From: an uncultured Verrucomicrobiae bacterium
GTDB lineage: Bacteria > Verrucomicrobiota > Verrucomicrobiia > Chthoniobacterales > Terrimicrobiaceae
Direction of reading: 5' to 3'
NCBI GenBank assembly: GCA_963706955.1
Contig: CAVPOC010000008.1
Span: 384,001 to 448,000, forward strand
DNA length: 64,000 bases
Under the pieces are notes generated by a model. The model was not told the origin of the DNA. It made no database searches and was given only the letters and a program-made list of their open reading frames with translations. This document shows, piece by piece, positions 57,770-64,000 of this stretch (its first letter is position 1; each line of letters begins with the position of its first letter). Position numbers and translations under genes: made by a program.

Positions 57770-58378
57770 CTACAACGTTTCCCAGGCGTCCAGCACAATT
57801 TGCGACCACGATTCGAGTTTGTCTCGCTGTTTCCGGAGTTCTTCGGGTGCGAGAAAACGGAGCTCGCGGATCGCTCTCTCCCGGGCGCGAACGGCGTCGT
57901 GGCGCAGCTCGACCACATGTACAACGCCAAGATGGACTTGCCCGACTTCAGTCGAGTCGTCGTTAATTAAAGCGGCGAGTCGATCCTCCCACGTTCCCTC
58001 GAACTTGAGTTCCTCGGCCACCTCCCGATGAACCGCGGCGCGGTAGGCATCCTTGTCGAAAGAGAAAAGACTCTCATCGCTGTCATTAATGTGGCCTCCG
58101 ATGCCGATCGAGCCCTTGTCGACCAGTCGCTTTTCACCAGATTTGGCTCCGCGCACGTAACGCAGAATCGTGTTCTCGAAAGTGAAGATCACGTAAGGAA
58201 TGATCTGCTTGAAGGCAGGATCCTGCTCTGCGCGTGACCGAGGCAGGAAAAAATTGTTTTGCCGTGTCATGAACGTCTCGATGTAGCGATCTACATCGCG
58301 CTCCAAGCCCTGGAACGCGCCAAGGTCATCAAAGAGAGCGCGGCGTATCACGAGCACATTTTCTTCATTCTTCTGCAT
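57770..58378 (-). CDS. NUDIX-family predicted phosphoesterase (COG4112-like)
   Basis: AEQDPAFKQIIPY, SIGIGGHIN, REVAEEL, VGQVHLG, LESWS. Confidence 0.85.
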   Translation of the reverse strand: MQKNEENVLVIRRALFDDLGAFQGLERDVDRYIETFMTRQNNFFLPRSRAEQDPAFKQIIPYVIFTFENTILRYVRGAKSGEKRLVDKGSIGIGGHINDSDESLFSFDKDAYRAAVHREVAEELKFEGTWEDRLAALINDDSTEVGQVHLGVVHVVELRHDAVRARERAIRELRFLAPEELRKQRDKLESWSQIVLDAWETL

Positions 58379-58453
58379 CCGCGATGAATGCTGCTTATGT
58401 GAAACAGCTCCGCCAAGCCTTATTCTCGGACCAACCGCGACGCTCGGGATCCT

Positions 58454-59662
58454 CTAGATTCGAAGACGATGCTTTCGAAGCGTTCCGCCGAGCAAGCGGG
58501 CGCCAATCGCACCGGCAAGAGCCATGGCGATGCAAGTCATCCACATCGGGAGCGTGAAGCGGAGAAAGTCAGTCACTCGGCCATTGTGCCAGACATCAAG
58601 TGACTCGATCAAGTTGCTGACGTAGACCGGGAGCGGCATTGCCGTTTGGATCGATGCAGGTTGGGCGAAATAACTCAGTGGAATCCCGACGGCAATTCCG
58701 ACGAGCACGCCCAGGCGCACCGTAGGATTGGCGATACGATACAAACACCATGCCACCAGAAACGGGAGGCCGACCAGGTAAATGGCGCAGAGCATCTCAT
58801 TGTTGTCAAACCTCAGACCCATCAGCCCGGCGATGCTCCTGTGCATGAGAATCAGCGCGACGCCAATCACGAAGGCAATCTTCCGGTTGGCAAGAGCAAG
58901 AAACGCGATCGCCTCCAAGAAGAAGCCCGTCCCAAACAGCGCGCGAGCCATCCAGGGATTTTCCAGCAGCCACATTGCTTCAACAGGATCCCCTGCATAG
59001 TTCGGATCGAGCGAGCCGTAGTAGAGCTGCCGGCGCGACTTAATCAAGTCGGTGGCAATGTAACTGGAGTTCCAGAGCCACAGCCCCCGAGAGTTGATCA
59101 ATTTCGAGAAGACCGAGATCAGATAGGTTCCCACGACGATCACTTGGCTCTGCCAGAGGAGCCACGAGTTGAGAAGCGCATCGGGAGGACGCAAGCGAAT
59201 GCCCCGGCAGAACGCGTCGTAAAGAACCGTGCCCGCCTGGGCAACCAAGGTCAGGCTAACAATCTGAAAGCCATGATGCGTGTAGCCTTGAGAGTTATAG
59301 AGAGTGAATGCCAAGACGTGTCCGAGCGCCAGCAGCGGAAGAGTGATCGGCAGCAGCACTCCAGCCGCGTAAAAGAAGAGGAGGGAGTAGATGACGCCCC
59401 GAAATATCGAATAAGAGAGAGGATTGGATAACCAGGTCAGATCAAAAAAATGGGCGAGTCCCGTCGGATGCGGTTGCGTGGAAAAAGGCACTTCAAACCG
59501 CAAGGTGTACGCCACCACGACAGCAAAAAAGACACGCAAGAGTAGGCCCTCAAGCTGCGTGACCTTCGGAGGAGAGAAAAACCCCGCCAGGAGGCGGCTG
59601 AACGGCCTTTGACTATTCCGCAAAAAGGAGCTCCTTGGTCTCTGTGACCTTCCCGTCGCCAT
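58454..59662 (-). CDS. HTTM / vitamin K-dependent carboxylase-like multi-pass membrane protein, copy 2
   Basis: Paralog of 56121..57329 (SQGYTHHGFQ, TYLISVFSKL, LEAIAF, LMHRSI); ATG at 59662 overlaps the upstream gene by 50 nt. Confidence 0.65.
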   Translation of the reverse strand: MATGRSQRPRSSFLRNSQRPFSRLLAGFFSPPKVTQLEGLLLRVFFAVVVAYTLRFEVPFSTQPHPTGLAHFFDLTWLSNPLSYSIFRGVIYSLLFFYAAGVLLPITLPLLALGHVLAFTLYNSQGYTHHGFQIVSLTLVAQAGTVLYDAFCRGIRLRPPDALLNSWLLWQSQVIVVGTYLISVFSKLINSRGLWLWNSSYIATDLIKSRRQLYYGSLDPNYAGDPVEAMWLLENPWMARALFGTGFFLEAIAFLALANRKIAFVIGVALILMHRSIAGLMGLRFDNNEMLCAIYLVGLPFLVAWCLYRIANPTVRLGVLVGIAVGIPLSYFAQPASIQTAMPLPVYVSNLIESLDVWHNGRVTDFLRFTLPMWMTCIAMALAGAIGARLLGGTLRKHRLRI

Positions 59663-60074
59663 ATTGTATCTCGACGCGAAACAGTTGAATGCCTGGCGGA
59701 AGAACCTGCCCGCGCCGAGTTGCCTGATCCCGTAGCATAGTGCAGATCTCCCGGCCAATTTCGTCGTTCCTGCCCGCGTTTGGCCCTTCTGCTGTCTCGA
59801 TCGCGCGTTCGCGTTGACGCGATTTTCGCCAGTGCATCTTTCCAATCTTCGGAGGGGTAACGCCGGTGAGCCTCGAAATTGGCAGAGGCTGACCGGCAGA
59901 ATCGGTCACCATGTAGTACGCCCTTGGCGCTGTCGGTGACGAAAACATGGGAAAATGCGAAAACGGGTAGGTCTCTTTGAGGATCAACGAACCGGCCACA
60001 AAGATCGCCAGGGTTGTCAGCGGTGTCTGCAAAGCGAGCCGATACCAGGGTATTGCGGAAGTAGAAGCGAACAT
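59613..60074 (-). CDS. Small membrane-anchored partner protein (PFSxFPM motif), copy 2
   Basis: Paralog of 57280..57759 (TPLT, ETYPFSHFPMF, VTD..GQPLP, LTGVT, LFAE). Confidence 0.7.
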   Translation of the reverse strand: MFASTSAIPWYRLALQTPLTTLAIFVAGSLILKETYPFSHFPMFSSPTAPRAYYMVTDSAGQPLPISRLTGVTPPKIGKMHWRKSRQRERAIETAEGPNAGRNDEIGREICTMLRDQATRRGQVLPPGIQLFRVEIQYGDGKVTETKELLFAE

Positions 60075-60203
60075 GTCCTATGACTTGCCCAATGCTGACC
60101 TCGCAGGCTGAGCTCGCCAAGCTTGTAATCGAGCGGCAATCGAGCGATTCCCATGGAAACCAGCGGCCTTGCGCACCGCGGTGAACTCGCCGAGACTCCG
60201 CAG

Positions 60204-60722
60204 ATGCGTCTCATTCCAATTCTTTTGATCATCTCAGGCTCAGTCTGCGTGGCTCAGCAGGAGAGCGAGAAGGAACGCGCCGGTCGCATGTTCTTTCCCC
60301 CGGAATCGAAAGAATCGACTAACTCGCCAAAGCAAACTTCCGGTCCGCGGCGCGAAACCAGCGCTTCTGACCTCATCGATATGTTTTTCCTCGGCTTGAA
60401 GGCCGGGCAAGTCGATGCGGCGTACGACGGTCTCGTGAAAGGGAGTGTCATCGCCGACCGCAGCGAGGATGTCGCCGGTCTTAAGGATCGCACCCGCCGT
60501 GCGCTGGATAACTTTGGCCCGATTTCCGGCTACGAAGTTCTGGAGGAAAGGACCGTTGGCAGCACGCTTCTCCGCCGAACCTGCATTTCGTTCAATTCCG
60601 ATTTGCCGTTGCGCTGGAGATTCTACTTCTACAAGGCCCAGGGCACGTGGAAGCTGGTTGACTTGCGCGTCGATGATGGCTTGGTGGAGCTTTTCGAGGA
60701 AAGTATCCGCCCACGCAAATGA
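60204..60722 (+). CDS. Exported hypothetical protein
   Basis: Signal peptide MRLIPILLIISGSVCVA; 'PLRWRFYFYK...W' C-terminus; ATGA-coupled to the next gene. Confidence 0.7.
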   Translation: MRLIPILLIISGSVCVAQQESEKERAGRMFFPPESKESTNSPKQTSGPRRETSASDLIDMFFLGLKAGQVDAAYDGLVKGSVIADRSEDVAGLKDRTRRALDNFGPISGYEVLEERTVGSTLLRRTCISFNSDLPLRWRFYFYKAQGTWKLVDLRVDDGLVELFEESIRPRK

Positions 60723-61558
60723 TCAGCCGCTTCCTTAGCTTCATCCGTTTTTCGCATACGATCTTCGCACTACCTTTTGCGCTCGGTTCGATGTTTGTCG
60801 CGGCTCACGGGCTGCCCTCGTTTCGGGTATTTGCACTTGTCGTCATGGCGATGGTCTTCGCGCGCACAGCGGCGATGACCTTCAATCGTCTCGCAGACTG
60901 GGAAATCGACAAGCGCAACCCCCGCACCGCGGGCAGGCACAAACTGGTTTCGAAGCGTCTGGCAATCGGCGCTTGCCTTCTGTCGGCTTTGTCGTTTGTC
61001 GGCACCGCCTGGATGATCAATCCCCTCTGCTTTGCGCTCTCACCGGTCGCACTCCTGATCGTATTCTTCTACTCGCTGACCAAGCGTTTCACGCACGGCG
61101 CCCAGTTTTTTTTGGGCCTGGCACTCGGGGTGGCCCCGATTGGAGCCTGGATCGCGGTCACCGGCAGTTTCGCCATGCCGCCGCTCGTCCTGGGTGCCTC
61201 CGTCCTCTGCTGGGTAGCCGGGTTCGATATCATCTACGCGACGCAGGACCTCGACGTCGATCGACGTGAAAATTTACATTCCATGGTCGTGTGGCTCGGA
61301 GTTCCCCGGGCGCTCGCCATGGCGACGTTACTTCACGCGTTCGCGCTGGCCGGCTTTCTGTTCTTCGGGGCGATCGCCCGCCTCGGTCCCGTTTACTTTC
61401 TCGGACTGGGCTTGGTTGGCGCCGGACTGGTTTACGAACACCTTTTGGCGGTCAAGGGAACGGTCGCTGCAATTAACAAGGCCTTTTTTCAAGTCAACGC
61501 CGCGGTGAGCGCGATTTTCGTTTTGACTATCCTTGTCGACCAACTCGTTGCCAGGTGA
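60719..61558 (+). CDS. UbiA-family polyprenyltransferase (MqnP-like)
   Basis: FSHTIFALPFA, AMTFNRLADWEIDKRNPRT, YSLTKRFT, WVAGFDIIYATQD. Confidence 0.88.
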   Translation: MISRFLSFIRFSHTIFALPFALGSMFVAAHGLPSFRVFALVVMAMVFARTAAMTFNRLADWEIDKRNPRTAGRHKLVSKRLAIGACLLSALSFVGTAWMINPLCFALSPVALLIVFFYSLTKRFTHGAQFFLGLALGVAPIGAWIAVTGSFAMPPLVLGASVLCWVAGFDIIYATQDLDVDRRENLHSMVVWLGVPRALAMATLLHAFALAGFLFFGAIARLGPVYFLGLGLVGAGLVYEHLLAVKGTVAAINKAFFQVNAAVSAIFVLTILVDQLVAR

Positions 61559-61650
61559 AAGCCCGCCGGCGGCGAGCCATTGACGTCAAGCTCGCTGGCA
61601 CGTTCTCGCAGTTCAAGACGTGAGAGTCGATTCTGTCTTTGTGGGAGTAG

Positions 61651-62844
61651 ATGCCTGACATAGCAAAGCTCCAGGGTAATCTTACGCTCAGGCTGTCTAT
61701 CCTCCTGGCCATGGTACCGCTGACCGGAGCGACCATCGATATTTACGTGCCTTCTCTCCCGGCGATCGCCGAACACTTTGGAGTTCCGGCTCAGCTCGTT
61801 CAGTGGACTATTCCGAGCTACCTCATCGGCTACAGCCTGGCGCAACTCTTCTGCGGAGCTTTTTCCGATGCATGGGGACGGCGCGGCCTTTTGATCATCG
61901 GAGTAGTTCTCTATATAGGGGCGAGCTTACTGGCGGCATCCGCTTCCAGCATCAGCGTGCTCATTCTGATGCGGTTTGTGCAAGGCTTGGGCGTCGCAGC
62001 TCCGGGAGTGCTGGCACGAGCAATTGCCAGCGACAGCTTCGCTCTCGAGCGCTTGCCGCAGGTCACTAATTACATCACGCTGGCGTGGGCCTTGGGACCC
62101 ATTATCGCCCCATTGATCGGGGGTTATTTGCAACACGTTTTTGGGTGGAAGGCGGTCTTCTACTTTTTGACGGCTTATGGCGGCATTGTTCTCCTTCTTG
62201 TCTATTTTCTCTTGCCGGAGACGAACGCTCATCGCCATCAACTAAGGCCCGATAAGCTGTTGGATCACTACAAGGCCGTTTTGGCGAGTCCGTTGTTCCT
62301 GGGCTGCGCCTTCGTGCTTGCGATCATCTATGCGCAACTAATTCTCTTCAACGTGGTCGGGCCTTTTCTGATCCAGACGGTCTTAGGCGAGTCACCGATT
62401 GTTTTTGGACGTGTCGCGCTTAGCCTTGGAGTTGCCTGGTTCATTGGCAGCCTGGCGAATCGAATTCTCGCCGCGACCTTTCCGCAGCTTCCAGTGATGC
62501 AGATTGCTACTGCCGTGGCCTTCGTCGGCAGTACCACTATGGCCTGGCTTGCCGTTGCGAGTCCGCTCTCGCTATCCAACCTGGTTATTCCGACCGCAGT
62601 GGTCTTTATGAGCGGCTCTATTATTTTTACGCGATGTTTTGGTCTGAGCATCCGCCTTTTTCCCGATCAGGCCGGCACGGCCAGCGCTTTGGTCGGGACT
62701 TTGTTCATTGCCGGATCCGCGCTGGCGGGATTTGGAGCAAGCTTCCTCGAAGCGGCCACGGCAATCCCTCTCGCTTGTTCCTTCGTGGGACTCAGCGTCC
62801 TTGCCGCAATCGTGCAACGAACTTTCAAGATATCGGACGCTTGA
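61651..62844 (+). CDS. Bcr/CflA-family multidrug MFS transporter
   Basis: IDIYVPSLP, SDAWGRR, RFVQGLG, APLIGG, LPET, AGTASAL. Confidence 0.9.
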   Translation: MPDIAKLQGNLTLRLSILLAMVPLTGATIDIYVPSLPAIAEHFGVPAQLVQWTIPSYLIGYSLAQLFCGAFSDAWGRRGLLIIGVVLYIGASLLAASASSISVLILMRFVQGLGVAAPGVLARAIASDSFALERLPQVTNYITLAWALGPIIAPLIGGYLQHVFGWKAVFYFLTAYGGIVLLLVYFLLPETNAHRHQLRPDKLLDHYKAVLASPLFLGCAFVLAIIYAQLILFNVVGPFLIQTVLGESPIVFGRVALSLGVAWFIGSLANRILAATFPQLPVMQIATAVAFVGSTTMAWLAVASPLSLSNLVIPTAVVFMSGSIIFTRCFGLSIRLFPDQAGTASALVGTLFIAGSALAGFGASFLEAATAIPLACSFVGLSVLAAIVQRTFKISDA

Positions 62845-62920
62845 CACCAGCCCCCTTGCGACTCTTGGGCTCTAGAATTTCGTATACATCAGTAGAAGTC
62901 TCGCTTAGTGGCATATCGGA

Positions 62921-63304
62921 ATGCCCAGGAAGTTTATTAGCTCAGGCTCGACCTTCGAAGAACTGATCGGTTACTCGCGCGCCGTTGTCGACGGCAAGTG
63001 GATCTTCGTTTCTGGGACGACCGGCTTCGATTATAAGACAATGTCGATTTCGGACGATCTCCTCGAGCAAACTGAACAGTGTCTAAAAAACATCGAGGCG
63101 ACCTTGCATCAGGCGAACGCGACCCTCAAAGACGTGGTCCAAGTCTTGTACATCCTTCCGAATGCCTCGGAGTTCGAACACTGCTGGCCGGCGCTGCGAG
63201 GATGCTTCGGGGACGTCCGGCCTGCCGCCACCATGATTTCGGCGGACCTGGCCGACCCGAGAATCAAGATCGAGATTCAAGTCACGGCACGAAAGTCCGC
63301 CTAA
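62921..63304 (+). CDS. RidA/YjgF/UK114 family protein
   Basis: GYSRAV, VSGTTG, RPAATM, KIEIQVTA. Confidence 0.9.
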   Translation: MPRKFISSGSTFEELIGYSRAVVDGKWIFVSGTTGFDYKTMSISDDLLEQTEQCLKNIEATLHQANATLKDVVQVLYILPNASEFEHCWPALRGCFGDVRPAATMISADLADPRIKIEIQVTARKSA

Positions 63305-63429
63305 GCCATCCAGGCAGACAGCAGCGACCTCGGTAGTCAAAGCAGGCCAGCGTGGTCAACTCCCGATTATTGTCTTTGTTGCGCCTGCAAATCCTCGGCA
63401 AATTCGTTCACTGCCGGCAGAGTGCACGC

Positions 63430-64000
63430 ATGTGGCACGAGTTCCTTTACGCTGTCGGAATTTCCATCGCGGCAATGTTTCCGATCGTTAACCCCGTCGG
63501 ACATGCGCCGATGTTCTTTGCAATGACGGCGGACGAGTCGTCCGGATTTCGCCGGGCCCAAGCTTTCAAGATCTCCCTCTGGGTGACCGCAATTCTGGCG
63601 ACCTCTCTCCTGCTCGGCCGTTGGGTGCTCGAGTTTTTTGGCATCACACTGGATGACCTGCGCATCGCGGGAGGATTGCTCGTCGCCCACACCGCCTGGG
63701 GCATGCTCAACAACCAAAGCCGTATGACCAACGACGAGCATGCGGCGGCGGCGGATAAGACAGACATCGCACTGACTCCCATGGCGACTCCGATTCTCGC
63801 TGGACCTGGTTCAATGAGTCTAGCCATCGGCATGTCGACCTATGGAAGTAGTTGGATGAACTATAGCGGATACTTGTTAGGCTTCACCGTCATCGGATTA
63901 ATCACCTGGGCAAGCTTTCTTTCCGCTGAGCGGCTGGTTCGCTTCCTGGGCGTCAATGGGGCTGGAGCTCTCAACCGCATCCTCGGCCTGTTCATTCTCG
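63430..64000 (+). CDS. marC: MarC family membrane protein, runs off the window end
   Basis: Manual translation MWHEFLYAVG...FPIVNPVG...FFGITLDDLRIAGGLL...PMATPILAGPGS...NRILGL. Confidence 0.85.
   Translation, partial: MWHEFLYAVGISIAAMFPIVNPVGHAPMFFAMTADESSGFRRAQAFKISLWVTAILATSLLLGRWVLEFFGITLDDLRIAGGLLVAHTAWGMLNNQSRMTNDEHAAAADKTDIALTPMATPILAGPGSMSLAIGMSTYGSSWMNYSGYLLGFTVIGLITWASFLSAERLVRFLGVNGAGALNRILGLFIL

Noticed and set aside
1..64000. CRISPR array, prophage, transposase/integrase or known anti-phage defence genes
   Set aside because: No regularly spaced direct repeats and no ORF with such motifs were seen

Overview
A 64-kb, GC-rich bacterial chromosomal segment. Gene style and content suggest Verrucomicrobiota, Chthoniobacterales-like (inference only). 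Most of it is housekeeping: partial nadC, rnd, an orphan nuoBC pair, ppk2, a redoxin with dsbD, galE, dnaE, trxA, prc, pilC plus one pilin, lptD, purH, queE, folC, accD, comF, bioA, a UbiA/MqnP prenyltransferase, MFS transporters, a RidA protein and partial marC. An accessory-looking block at ~18-38 kb carries a lactate permease, D-LDH, a P-type ATPase, a guanidine hydrolase (GdmH-type), an mrpEFG-B-C-D-D antiporter operon, an RND pump and an S8 protease. The most unusual region is 53-61 kb. It holds a diverged tandem duplication of a two-gene module (a small membrane-anchored 'PFSxFPM' protein plus an HTTM/vitamin-K-carboxylase-like membrane protein) around a NUDIX gene, with the same 50-nt gene overlap in both copies. 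That module sits next to an MqnP-like prenyltransferase and a HemS-like/flavodoxin/beta-barrel cassette. Non-coding features are a ~300-bp MITE with 24-bp terminal inverted repeats at the dnaE stop codon and two REP-like palindrome clusters. Five genes, including the essential dnaE, are broken, and every break is repaired by removing one base, so these are probably sequencing errors. No rRNA, tRNA, CRISPR array, transposase or integrase was seen.
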